Positions 9,735 through 22,901 of a stretch of 64,000 nt of DNA are shown here, one piece after another. The notes beneath the pieces are model-generated. The model saw nothing but the letters and a program-made list of their open reading frames with translations, was not told the DNA's origin and searched no databases. The translations under genes were made by a program, and so were the position numbers. Origin of the DNA: Octopus vulgaris (lineage: Eukaryota); assembly GCA_951406725.2 (NCBI GenBank), contig OX597841.1, positions 10,540,001 through 10,604,000 on the forward strand. The letters are read 5' to 3'. Every line of letters starts with the position of its first letter. The stretch's first letter is position 1.

Positions 9735-10688
9735 CAGGTGGGGGTGACTTCTTTCATCGTCTCCATTCTTGCCATCTTTGCCCCGCTCGTTCTCAAAGAT
9801 GGCATCAAGTGCGCCAATGTGCGACCGGTAACGGTTAAAAACATGGATGACACAGGCGCCCTATGGCTTTAACACAAAAAGAGAGACACAAAAACAATAT
9901 CAGCAAGCGTGGAAAAATAATTACCATTTCGGTGATAAGACACATGTTGAACAAGTGGCCGATGGAAAGAGAATGGCTGAGGCAGCAAGTCGCAAGAGGG
10001 TAAGAGAGAGGAGGGGCTAAGAGAGAGAGAGGACCAAGGAGGGTAGAAGGCGAGGACAGAAGCAGTGACCGAGAGAGAGAGGGGGAGAGAAGGAATCAGA
10101 GAAGAAGCAGTGATCAAGAGAGAGAGGGAGAGAAGGAATCAGAGAGGCTGGGAGAAAAAGGCGCCAAAACAATTTGGCAACGAAGCAATGGCGAAGGAAA
10201 GAAAATAGTTTAAAGACATCGTGCAGGGGTTTTGATATGATAAACATAAAGAAGTTATTATGCACGTACGCTGCGAAATATATAATAAACCTTTACATAA
10301 ATAACTAACGTGAAATACACGAAGGGACGAACAAAAAGACAAACGGGTCATTCAAAGCCTTCATCCTCAGTCAGAAACTGATCCCTCATCGCAGATTTCG
10401 GCTGTTTAATTCTGAGATCCGCTCCGAATCAGCCAGCCACAGAAGGAAAGAATGCAACGCAACAGAGACGAACATGAAACACACACACACATATATATAC
10501 ATACACACACACACATATATATACATACACACATACATATATATATATATGTATATAATAAACCTTTACATAAATAAATAATAACATATATATATATATA
10601 TATACATACACACACACATATATATACATACACACATACATATATATATATATGTATATAATAAACCTTTAGATAAATAAATAATAAC

Positions 10689-10719
<31 letters not shown>

Positions 10720-11713
10720 TATATATATATATGTATATAATAAACCTTTGGATAAATAAATAATTAATATATATATATATACATACACACACACATATAT
10801 ATACATGCACACACAAACATATATACATACACACACACACACATTTATACATACACACATACATATATATATATATGTATATAATAACTTTTAGATAATT
10901 AAATAATAACACATATATATATATATATACACATACACACACACATATATATACATACACACATATATATATATATGTATATAATAAACCTTTAGATAAA
11001 TAAATAATATACATATATATATATACACACACACACATATATATATATATGTATATAATAAGCCTTTAGATAAATAAATAATAACATATATATATATATA
11101 TACATACACACACGCATATATACACATACACACACATATATATATACATGCACACACACACATATATATACATACACACACACACACATATATACATAGA
11201 CACACACGCAAACACACATGTATATACTTACACACACACACACACACATATATATACATACACACACAAACACACATATATATACATACACACATATATA
11301 TATATACATACACACACACATACATATATACATACACACACATATATACATACACACACACACATATATATATATACATACACACACACATATATATATA
11401 TACATACACACATATATATATATACATACATACATACATACATATATACATACATACACATATATATATATATATATAATATATATATATATATAATAAA
11501 CATTTACATAAATAAATAACGTGAAATACACGAAGGGACGAACAAAAAGACAAACGGGTCATTCAAAGCCTTCATTCTTCAGTCAGAAACTGATCCCTCA
11601 TCGCAGATTTCGGCCGTTCAATTCTGAGATCCGCTCCGAATCAGCCAGCCACAGAAGGAAAGAATGCAACGCAACAGAGACGAACATGAAACGAAAAATC
11701 TTTTTTGGAGACA

Positions 11714-14700
11714 TGATTGATTGATTGATCGATTGATTCTAGTTTCAGCTTATGAGCTGTGGCCATGCTGGGGCACCGCCATTTGGTGTTGCTACTTGGT
11801 TTTACTTCACGAAAGCTTTTTAGCAACTGCCATTTGGTGCATGAGAGAGTTCGATGCAGCTGCCCTCATCTGCACCTCCTGCCGTGAAGTTGGTTCATCT
11901 GGGACACCTGACAGGAAGAGATCCAGTTTCATTTTAAAGACATCTGCATCCACCCCATGCAGGTCTCTCAGGTTCTTCGGGAGGATATTGAAGAGCTGTG
12001 GGCCTCGGAAGCCCAGGCTATCACAGAATCTTGTCCTACATCTTGATGGCGAGTTTGGAGTCCTAGGCACCACGCAGTGGCGCCCAGTTCTGGCATTTGC
12101 GTAACTCTCGATGCCAAAGTTTAGGACACGTCCCTCCAGGATCTTCCAGATGTATATTATGGCATATCTTTCCCGCCTACGCTCCAGGGAATACAGTTTT
12201 AATCTCTTCAGTCTTTCCCAGTAGCTTACATTCTGCATAGAGGCTATCTTCTTCGTGTAGCTACGTTGGATCGCCTCGAGCTCTGTGATCAACTTGACAC
12301 TGGATGGTGACCATAACTGAGAGCAGTAGTCAAAGTGGCTTAGGACAAGTGTCCTCCAGAGGACCATCATGGTTTCTTGTTCTCTTGTTTAAAGGTTCTG
12401 AGGATCCATCCGGCCAGTCTTCTACATTTCATTGCCAATTTAGCAACATGTACACGAAAGGTCGCGTCATCACTCATGTAAATACCTAGGTCACGCACTG
12501 ATTGTGCCTCTGGGATTGCTATTCCTCCGGGTCCGGTGTATTCATTGGGTATTGCATTTAGTTTTGCATGCTGATAGTATAGAGCTTGAAACTTTTCAGC
12601 ATTGAACTGCATGCTATTCTTTTCAGCCCACTTGTATATTTTGTCCAGCTCACATTGCAGGTGCTTAGTGTCCTCAGGGTTCTGTATTGCCTGTGAAACT
12701 TTTGTATCATCTGCATAACTTGTGATCGTGGCTCTTTGCGTGGCTGAGGGCATGTCTGAGAGGGCCATTATGAACAGTAGTGGTCCCAGAACAGTGCCCT
12801 GCGGGACACCGCTCACTATTTGCGTGTTAATGGAAGTGGCCCCATTGGCTACTACCACCTGACTTCTATCTTTCAGAAAGTCATGGAGCCATTCTCCCAG
12901 TTTTCCAACTATGTTGAGATCACGCAGCTTGTGACATATCATTCCATGATCGACTTTATCAAAGGCCTTTGCAAAGTCGAGATATATCACTTCCACATTT
13001 GAGTGGTTGAGCAGCCGTTTCAGCACCCAGTCATAGTGTTGTAGGAGCTGAGTTAAACAGCTTCTCCCTGGTCGGAAACCATGTTGGGTGTCTGTAGTTC
13101 TTGGCTTCCGCTCTGCTACCTCCTTTATGAATGGGGCATATTTTACCTTCCTTCAGTTTTCTTGGAAGTTTGCCAGCTGCAAGGAAGCTCTGAAAGAGGA
13201 ACTGCAGTGGTCTTGCTAGGACTCTCTTACATGCTTTTAGGAGGATTGCCGGGAATCCATCGGGGCCAGTAGCTGAGTCTGTTTTCATTTCATCTATAGC
13301 CTTGATTACAACGTCTTCCTTTATATCGATGTAATCTATCGTCGCCGCCTCTGATTTTATATCTGCAGTGGTAAAAAAAGTCAGTTGGATTGGTGATTTG
13401 GAGATGCCCAAGGGGTGGAGTGAAAACACTCTTGAATTGCTCATTCAGTATTTCACTTACCCTCATTGGTTTTCCTGTAAGTGTGCCATCCTTTTCGAGG
13501 AGTGGCCCTATTCTACAGTGCACCGTAGCTGTTTCTTTGGCATACCTGTAGAAAGCTCTGGGGTTAGATTTTATGTTGTCTATAGCCCAGGCTTCTTTGT
13601 CTGCTCTTTCCTTTTCATGTGAGAGTTGCAGACATTTTTCGATTTCCAACAGTTTTATTTTTAGGCGGGACTTTTCACTGCTTTCAATCTGTTTGCTTAG
13701 GCGATTTGAAAATTTTGTACGCCGTCTCATTAAAATTTTCCTCTCTCTGGGGATTTTGTTCTTGTGTACAGTGGCCTTTCTCTCTGGGACACATTTGTAG
13801 CATATGGCTTGCATTACAGACATGAATTGTTGAAGTTTCACGTCGATGTCTGGCGAGGAGAGACATTTAGGCCAGTTTTGTTTGAGGATCTCTTTCTCAA
13901 TTTGTTTCCAGTTTGCCTTATGGTAGTTCAAGCTGGAAAGATTCTGAGGGTTTCTTGTAGGCTGCATGTCCGTGCTCTCTTTTGGCCCGTACTCTTTTGG
14001 TCAGCTCTATCATGTGTGATCCGAGAGTAGTGTCGGTGTCACTTTCACATTATAGATGAGATCCATGTCATTTGTGAAGCAGAGATCCAGTGTGTTACCT
14101 GCCCTGGTTGATTGGAGTATTACCTGCTCCATGTACAGGGTGTTGATGAGGTTCAGGAGGGACAACGCCTGTCCTCGTTCACATCTTGTCATTCCTGGGA
14201 GAGGAAGGCCCTCGGGCCATCTGACACTGGGCAGATTGAAGTCTCCCATAAGAAGTACACTTATGTGTTGTTCTAATGTGGTTAGAACTTCTATTTTTAT
14301 AAGGCAGTCTTCAAACTTGCCCACATGGCTTGGGGCATCTGGAGGGCGATATGTAGCACACACAACTACATCAAGTTGCCTAATATGTACAATTAGTGTG
14401 TCACACACCGAGTTTGAGTATGACAAGAGGACCTGGGGTGTGAGGTCCTCACGGATGTACATAGCAACACCTCCATGACTCCTTTCTTTTCTGTCGGTCC
14501 GTAGTACAGCATACTGTGGTATGTGTAACTCCGCATCTGCTATGTCCGGTTTCAGGTGCATTTCCGTAAGTGCTATGCATAAGGCTTGATTGCATGCAAC
14601 AAAGTCTGTCAGGAACGGGATTTTTGTCCTGTTACTGATTGTTTGCAGCCCTCTGATGTTCAGTAGAAGCATCGAGGTGAGGTGTACGTTGTTGCCGGCG

Positions 14701-15841
14701 GTGTCCATCCTGGGTCTGTTTGCTGTGGTGGTCTTGTATATAGTGGGTAGTCCCACCTGCGGGCTTGGGTTTGATGAAGCCAGGTCAGCTGCTGTACAAT
14801 CTTTTGTGCCATGCACAAAAAAGATTGTTGCTCAGCAGCTGCCCTTTCGACAACATCATGTTGGCGGTTTGTGGCACGCACAACATCTGCGTACCTCCGC
14901 TTTGGGGCAGGTGGTGCGTGGTCCATCCTTTTTCCTTGTGTTGATGGTTTGTCCATCTGCCTCGTGTCTCTGTGGCAGGGTCCCCGATGTGCAAAGCGGC
15001 AGCCTGCACCTTGCTTTCCATGCCAGCAGGAACCTCTCAGGTAGAACCTACACACCCGTGTGCGCTGTTTGTTTCCATCTTTTGCGGTTCCACTTCTATT
15101 CCTGGTTGTTTCACCCTTTGGTCCTGCTTGAGCTTTTCCTTTAGCTCTTCCAGTCCTTCTTTTAGTTCTTCCTCCTCCCTCTACCTCTTCACCGGGTTCT
15201 CCGTCTCCATGGCCCTTGCTGCCGGTTGGAGAACTTGCACCTGGGATCACTTTCCGGGCAGGTTTCTCACTCAAAACCTCCTCCCGGGAATCCACCAGGT
15301 GGGGGTGACTTCTTTCATCGTCTCCATTCTTGCCATCTTTGCCCCGCTCGTTCTCAAAGATGGCATCAAGTGCGCCAATGTGCGACCGGTAACGGTTAAA
15401 AACATGGATGACACAGGCGCCCTATGGCTTTAATACAAAAAGAGAGACACAAAAACAATATCAGCAAGCGTGGAAAAATAATTACCTTTTCGGTGATAAG
15501 ACACATGTTGAACAAGTGGCCGATGGAAAGAGAATGGCTGAGGCAGCAAGTCGCAAGAGGGTAAGAGAGAGGAGGGGCTAAGAGAGAGAGGGGACCAAGG
15601 AGGGTAGAAGGCGAGGACAGAAGCAGTGACCGAGAGAGAGAGAGGGAGAGAAGGAATCAGAGAAGAAGCAGTGATCAAGAGAGAGAGGGAGAGAAGGAAT
15701 CAGAGAGGCTGGGAGATAAAGGCGCCAAAACAATTTGGCAACGAAGCAATGGCGAAGGAAAGAAAATAGTTTAAAGACATCGTGCAGGGGTTTTGATATG
15801 ATAAACATAAAGAAGTTATTATGCACGTACGCTGCGAAATA
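11714..15841 (-). mobile_element. CR1-group LINE, unit 3 (ORF2 disrupted)
   Basis: ~95-bp deletion at ~13090 with GTC microhomology plus several small indels; ORF1 14660-15295 open, EN 14010-14816. Confidence 0.9.
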
Positions 15842-16249
15842 TATAATAAACCTTTACATAAATAAATAACGTGAAATACACGAAGGGACGAACAAAAAGA
15901 CAAACGGGTCATTCAAAGCCTTCATCCTCAGTCAGAAACTGATCCCTCATCGCAGATTTCGGCTGTTTAATTCTGAGATCCGCTCCGAATCAGCCAGCCA
16001 CAGAAGGAAAGAATGCAACGCAACAGAGACGAACATGAAACACACACACACATATATATACATACACACACACACATATATATACATACACACATACATA
16101 TATATATATATGTATATAATAAACCTTTACATAAATAAATAATAACATATATATATATATATATACATACACACACACATATATATACATACACACATAC
16201 ATATATATATATATGTATATAATAAACCTTTAGATAAATAAATAATAAC

Positions 16250-16280
<31 letters not shown>

Positions 16281-16984
16281 TATATATATATATGTATATA
16301 ATAAACCTTTGGATAAATAAATAATAACATATATATATATATATACATACACACACACATATATATACATGCACACACAAACATATATACATACACACAC
16401 ACACACATATATACATACACACATACATATATATATATATGTATATAATAACTTTTAGATAATTAAATAATAACACATATATATATATATATACACATAC
16501 ACACACACATATATATACATACACACATATATATATATATGTATATAATAAACCTTTAGATAAATAAATAATAACATATATATATATATATACACACACA
16601 CACATATATATATATATGTATATAATAAGCCTTTAGATAAATAAATAATAACATATATATATATATATACATACACACACGCATATATACACATACACAC
16701 ACACATATATATACATGCACACACACACATATATATACATACACACACATATATACATACACACACACACAAACACACATATATATACTTACACACACAC
16801 ACACATATATATACATACACACACAAACACACATATATATACATACACACATATATATATATATACATACACACACACATACATATATACATACACACAC
16901 ATATATACATACACACACACATATATATATTCATACACACATATATATATATACATACATACATACATACATATATACATACAT

Positions 16985-17026
<42 letters not shown>

Positions 17027-17334
17027 AACATTTACATAAATAAATAACGTGAAATACACGAAGGGACGAACAAAAAGACAAACGGGTCATTCAAAGCCTT
17101 CATTCTTCAGTCAGAAACTGATCCCTCATCGCAGATTTCGGCCGTTCAATTCTGAGATCCGCTCCGAATCAGCCAGCCACAGAAGGAAAGAATGCAACGC
17201 AACAGAGACGAACATGAAACGAAAAATCTTTTTTGGAGACATGATTGATTGATTGATCGATTGATTCTAGTTTCAGCTTATGAGCTGTGGCCATGCTGGG
17301 GCACCGCCATTTGGTGTTGCTACTTGGTTTTACT

Positions 17335-19590
17335 TCACGAAAGCTTTTTAGCAACTGCCATTTGGTGCATGAGAGAGTTCGATGCAGCTGCCCTCATCTG
17401 CACCTCCTGCCGTGAAGTTGGTTCATCTGGGACACCTGACAGGAAGAGATCCAGTTTCATTTTAAAGACATCTGCATCCACCCCATGCAGGTCTCTCAGG
17501 TTCTTCGGGAGGATATTGAAGAGCTGTGGGCCTCGGAAGCCCAGGCTATCACAGAATCTTGTCCTACATCTTGATGGCGAGTTTGGAGTCCTAGGCACCA
17601 CGCAGTGGCGCCCAGTTCTGGCATTTGCGTAACTCTCGATGCCAAAGTTTAGGACACGTCCCTCCAGGATCTTCCAGATGTATATTATGGCATATCTTTC
17701 CCGCCTACGCTCCAGGGAATACAGTTTTAATCTCTTCAGTCTTTCCCAGTAGCTTACATTCTGCATAGAGGCTATCTTCTTCGTGTAGCTACGTTGGATC
17801 GCCTCGAGCTCTGTGATCAACTTGACACTGGATGGTGACCATAACTGAGAGCAGTAGTCAAAGTGGCTTAGGACAAGTGTCCTCCAGAGGACCATCATGG
17901 TTTCTTGTTCTCTTGTTCTAAAGGTTCTGAGGATCCATCCGGCCAGTCTTCTACATTTCATTGCCAATTTAGCAACATGTACACGAAAGGTCGCGTCATC
18001 ACTCATGTAAATACCTAGGTCACGCACTGATTGTGCCTCTGGGATTGCTATTCCTCCGGGTCCGGTGTATTCATTGGGTATTGCATTTAGTTTTGCATGC
18101 TGATAGTATAGAGCTTGAAACTTTTCAGCATTGAACTGCATGCTATTCTTTTCAGCCCACTTGTATATTTTGTCCAGCTCACATTGCAGGTGCTTAGTGT
18201 CCTCAGGGTTCTGTATTGCCTGTGAAACTTTTGTATCATCTGCATAACTTGTGATCGTGGCTCTCTGCGTGGCTGAGGGCATGTCTGAGAGGGCCATTAT
18301 GAACAGTAGTGGTCCCAGAACAGTGCCCTGCGGGACACCGCTCACTGTTTGCGTGTTAATGGAAGTGGCCCCTTTGGCTACTACCACCTGACTTCTAACT
18401 TTCAGAAAGTCATGGAGCCATTCTCCCAGTTTTCCAACTATGTTGAGATCACGCAATTTGTGACATATCATTCCATGATCGACTTTATCAAAGGCCTTTG
18501 CAAAGTCGAGATATATCACTTCCACATTTGAGTGGTTGAGCAGCCGTTTCAGCACCCAGTCATAGTGTTGTAGGAGCTGAGTTAAACAGCTTCTCCCTGG
18601 TCGGAAACCATGTTGGGTGTCGGGCAGCAAGTCATTCTCTTCAAGGAAGGTGATCAGCTTCCTTCTGACTATTCGTTCCATGAACTTGCTGATGTGTGAG
18701 GTCAGAGAGATAGGTCTGTAGTTCTTGGCTTCCGCTCTGCTACCTCCTTTATGAATGGGGCATATTTTACCTTCCTTCAGTTTTCTTGGAAGTTTGCCAG
18801 CTGCAAGGAAGCTCTGAAAGAGGAACTGCAGTGGTCTTGCTAGGACTCTCTTACATGCTTTTAGGAGGATTGCCGGGAATCCATCGGGGCCAGTAGCTGA
18901 GTCTGTTTTCATTTCATCTATAGCCTTGATTACATCGTCTTCCTTTATATCGATGTAATCTATCGTCGCCGCCTCTGATTTTATATCTGCAGTGGTAAAA
19001 AAGTCAGTTGGATTGGTGATTTGGAGATGCCCAAGGGGTGGAGTGAAAACACTCTTGAATTGCTCATTCAGTATTTCACTTACCCTCATTGGTTTTCCTG
19101 TAAGTGTGCCATCCTTTTCGAGGAGTGGCCCTATTCTACAGTGCACCATAGCTGTTTCTTTGGCATACCTGTAGAAAGCTCTGGGGTTAGATTTTATGTT
19201 GTCTATAGCCCAGGCTTCTTTGTCTGCTCTTTCTTTTTCATGAGAGAGTTGCAGACATTTTTCGATTTCCAACAGTTTTATTTTTAGGCGGGACTTTTCA
19301 CTGCTTTCAATCTGTTTGCTTAGGCGATTTGAAAATTTTGTACGCCGTCTCATTAAAATTTTCCTCTCTCTGGGGATTTTGTTCTTGTGTACAGTGGCCT
19401 TTCTCTCTGGGACACATTTGTAGCATATGGCTTGCATTACAGACATGAATTGTTGAAGTTTCACGTCGATGTCTGGCGAGGAGAGACATTTAGGCCAGTT
19501 TTGTTTGAGGATCTCTTTCTCAATTTGTTTCCAGTTTGCCTTATGGTAGTTCAAGCTGGAAAGATTCTGAGGGTTTCTTGTAGGCTGCAT
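17335..19590 (-). CDS. LINE ORF2 reverse transcriptase portion (751 aa), unit 4
   Basis: All RT motifs intact (QHGFRPGRSC, YLDFAKAFD, GVPQG, YADD). Confidence 0.92.
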   Translation of the reverse strand: MQPTRNPQNLSSLNYHKANWKQIEKEILKQNWPKCLSSPDIDVKLQQFMSVMQAICYKCVPERKATVHKNKIPRERKILMRRRTKFSNRLSKQIESSEKSRLKIKLLEIEKCLQLSHEKERADKEAWAIDNIKSNPRAFYRYAKETAMVHCRIGPLLEKDGTLTGKPMRVSEILNEQFKSVFTPPLGHLQITNPTDFFTTADIKSEAATIDYIDIKEDDVIKAIDEMKTDSATGPDGFPAILLKACKRVLARPLQFLFQSFLAAGKLPRKLKEGKICPIHKGGSRAEAKNYRPISLTSHISKFMERIVRRKLITFLEENDLLPDTQHGFRPGRSCLTQLLQHYDWVLKRLLNHSNVEVIYLDFAKAFDKVDHGMICHKLRDLNIVGKLGEWLHDFLKVRSQVVVAKGATSINTQTVSGVPQGTVLGPLLFIMALSDMPSATQRATITSYADDTKVSQAIQNPEDTKHLQCELDKIYKWAEKNSMQFNAEKFQALYYQHAKLNAIPNEYTGPGGIAIPEAQSVRDLGIYMSDDATFRVHVAKLAMKCRRLAGWILRTFRTREQETMMVLWRTLVLSHFDYCSQLWSPSSVKLITELEAIQRSYTKKIASMQNVSYWERLKRLKLYSLERRRERYAIIYIWKILEGRVLNFGIESYANARTGRHCVVPRTPNSPSRCRTRFCDSLGFRGPQLFNILPKNLRDLHGVDADVFKMKLDLFLSGVPDEPTSRQEVQMRAAASNSLMHQMAVAKKLS

Positions 19591-20443
19591 GTCCGTGCTC
19601 TCTTTTGGCCCGTACTCTTTTGGTCAGCTCTATCATGTTGTGATCCGAGAGTAGTGTCGGTGTCACTTTCACATTATGGATGAGATCCATGTCATTTGTG
19701 AAGCAGAGATCCAGTGTGTTACCTGCCCTGGTTGGTTGGAGTATTACCTGCTCCATGTACAGGGTGTTGATGAGGTTCAGGAGGGACCTCGCCTGTCCTC
19801 GTTCACATCTTGTCATTCCTGGGAGAGAAAGGCCCTCGGGCCATCTGACACTGGGCAGATTGAAGTCTCCCATAAGAAGTACACTTATGTGTTGTTCTAA
19901 TGTGGTTAGAACTTCTTCTATTTTTATAAGGCAGTCTTCAAACTTGCCCACATGGCTTGGGGCATCTGGAGGGCGATATGTAGCACACACAACTACATCA
20001 AGTTGCCTAATATGTACAATTAGTGTGTCACACACCGAGTTTGAGTATGACAAGAGGACCTGGGGTGTGAGGTCCTCACGGATGTACATAGCAACACCTC
20101 CATGACTCCTTTCTTTTCTGTCGGTCCGTAGTACAGCATACTGTGGTATGTGTAACTCCGCATCTGCTATGTCCGGTTTCAGGTGCGTTTCCGTAAGTGC
20201 TATGCATAAGGCTTGATTGCATGCAACAAAGTCTCTCAGGAACGGGATTTTTGTCCTGTTACTGAGTGTTTGCAGCCCTCTGATGTTCAGTAGGAGCATC
20301 GAGGTGAGGTGTACGTTGTTGCCGGCGGTGTCCATCCTGGGTCTGTTTGCTGTGGTGGTCTTGTATATAGTGGGTAGTCCCACCTGCGGGCTTGGGTTTG
20401 ATGAAGCCAGGTCAGCTGCTGTACAATCTTTTGTGCCATGCAC
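19541..20443 (-). CDS. LINE APE endonuclease, unit 4
   Basis: Same EEP motifs as unit 2. Confidence 0.9.
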   Translation of the reverse strand: MHGTKDCTAADLASSNPSPQVGLPTIYKTTTANRPRMDTAGNNVHLTSMLLLNIRGLQTLSNRTKIPFLRDFVACNQALCIALTETHLKPDIADAELHIPQYAVLRTDRKERSHGGVAMYIREDLTPQVLLSYSNSVCDTLIVHIRQLDVVVCATYRPPDAPSHVGKFEDCLIKIEEVLTTLEQHISVLLMGDFNLPSVRWPEGLSLPGMTRCERGQARSLLNLINTLYMEQVILQPTRAGNTLDLCFTNDMDLIHNVKVTPTLLSDHNMIELTKRVRAKREHGHAAYKKPSESFQLELP

Positions 20444-20922
20444 AAAAAAGATTGTTGCTCAGCAGCTGCCCTTTCGACAACATCATGTTGGCGGTTTGTG
20501 GCACGCACAACATCTGCGTACCTCCGCTTTGGGGCAGGTGGTGCGTGGTCCATCCTTTTTCCTTGTGTTGATGGTTTGTCCATCTGCCTCGTGTCTCTGT
20601 GGCAGGGTCCCCGATGTGCAAAGCGGCAGCCTGCACCTTGCTTTCCATGCCAGCAGGATCCTCTCAGGTAGAACCTACACACCCGTGTGCGCTGTTTGTT
20701 TCCATCTTTTGCGGTTCCACTTCTATTCCTGGTTGTTTCACCCTTTGGTCCTGCTTGAGCTTTTCCTTTAGCTCTTCCAGTCCTTCTTTTAGTTCTTCCT
20801 CCTCCCTCTACCTCTTCACCGGGTTCTCCGTCTCCATGGCCCTTGCTGCCGGTTGGAGAACTTGCACCTGGGATCACTACCCGGGCAGGTTTCTCACTCA
20901 AAACCTCCTCCCGGGAATCCAC
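20287..20922 (-). CDS. LINE ORF1 (CCCH), unit 4
   Basis: As unit 1. Confidence 0.7.
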   Translation of the reverse strand: MDSREEVLSEKPARVVIPGASSPTGSKGHGDGEPGEEVEGGGRTKRRTGRAKGKAQAGPKGETTRNRSGTAKDGNKQRTRVCRFYLRGSCWHGKQGAGCRFAHRGPCHRDTRQMDKPSTQGKRMDHAPPAPKRRYADVVRATNRQHDVVERAAAEQQSFLCMAQKIVQQLTWLHQTQARRWDYPLYTRPPQQTDPGWTPPATTYTSPRCSY

Positions 20923-21875
20923 CAGGTGGGGGTGACTTCTTTCATCGTCTCCATTCTTGCCATCTTTGCCCCGCTCGTTCTCAAAGATGGCATCAAGTGC
21001 GCCAATGTGCGACCGGTAACGGTTAAAAACATGGATGACACAGGCGCCCTATGGCTTTAACACAAAAAGAGAGACACAAAAACAATATCAGCAAGCGTGG
21101 AAAAATAATTACCTTTTCGGTGATAAGACACATGTTGAACAAGTGGCCGATGGAAAGAGAATGGCTGAGGCAGCAAGTCGCAAGAGGGTAAGAGAGAGGA
21201 GGGGCTAAGAGAGAGAGGGACCAAGGAGGGTAGAAGGCGAGGACAGAAGCAGTGACCGAGAGAGAGAGAGGGAGAGAAGGAATCAGAGAAGAAGCAGTGA
21301 TCAAGAGAGAGAGGGAGAGAAGGAATCAGAGAGGCTGGGAGAAAAAGGCGCCAAAACAATTTGGCAACGAAGCAATGGCGAAGGAAAGAAAATAGTTTAA
21401 AGACATCGTGCAGGGGTTTTGATATGATAAACATAAAGAAGTTATTATGCACGTACGCTGCGAAATATATAATAAACCTTTACATAAATAAATAACGTGA
21501 AATACACGAAGGGACGAACAAAAAGACAAACGGGTCATTCAAAGCCTTCATCCTCAGTCAGAAACTGATCCCTCATCGCAGATTTCGGCTGTTTAATTCT
21601 GAGATCCGCTCCGAATCAGCCAGCCACAGAAGGAAAGAATGCAACGCAACAGAGACGAACATGAAACACACACACACATATATATACATACACACACACA
21701 CATATATATACATACACACATACATATATATATATATGTATATAATAAACCTTTACATAAATAAATAATAACATATATATATATATATATACATACACAC
21801 ACACATATATATACATACACACATACATATATATATATATGTATATAATAAACCTTTAGATAAATAAATAATAAC

Positions 21876-21906
<31 letters not shown>

Positions 21907-22644
21907 TATATATATATATGTATATAATAAACCTTTGGATAAATAAATAATAACATATATATATATATATACATACACACACACATATATATACATGCAC
22001 ACACAAACATATATACATACACACACACACACATATATACATACACACATACATATATATATATATGTATATAATAACTTTTAGATAATTAAATAATAAC
22101 ACATATATATATATATATACACATACACACACACATATATATACATACACACATATATATATATATGTATATAATAAACCTTTAGATAAATAAATAATAA
22201 CATATATATATATATACACACACACACATATATATATATATGTATATAATAAGCCTTTAGATAAATAAATAATAACATATATATATATATATACATACAC
22301 ACACGCATATATACACATACACACACACATATATATACATGCACACACACACATATATATACATACACACACACACACATATATACATACACACACACAC
22401 AAACACACATATATATACTTACACACACACACACACATATATATACATACACACACAAACACACATATATATACATACACACATATATATATATACATAC
22501 ACACACACATACATATATACATACACACACATATATACATACACACACACACACATATATATATATACATACACACACACATATATATATACATACACAC
22601 ATATATATATATACATACATACATACATACATATATACATACAT

Positions 22645-22686
<42 letters not shown>

Positions 22687-22901
22687 AACATTTACATAAA
22701 TAAATAACGTGAAATACACGAAGGGACGAACAAAAAGACAAACGGGTCATTCAAAGCCTTCATTCTTCAGTCAGAAACTGATCCCTCATCGCAGATTTCG
22801 GCCGTTCAATTCTGAGATCCGCTCCGAATCAGCCAGCCACAGAAGGAAAGAATGCAACGCAACAGAGACGAACATGAAACGAAAAATCTTTTTTGGAGAC
22901 A

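Larger units (their letters stand above)
6054..10280 (-). mobile_element. CR1-group LINE, unit 2
   Basis: Near-identical to unit 1; ORF1 9099-9734, EN 8353-9255, RT 6147-8366. Confidence 0.9.
17242..21467 (-). mobile_element. CR1-group LINE, unit 4 (most intact)
   Basis: ORF1 20287-20922, EN 19541-20443 and RT 17335-19590 are all open. Confidence 0.92.
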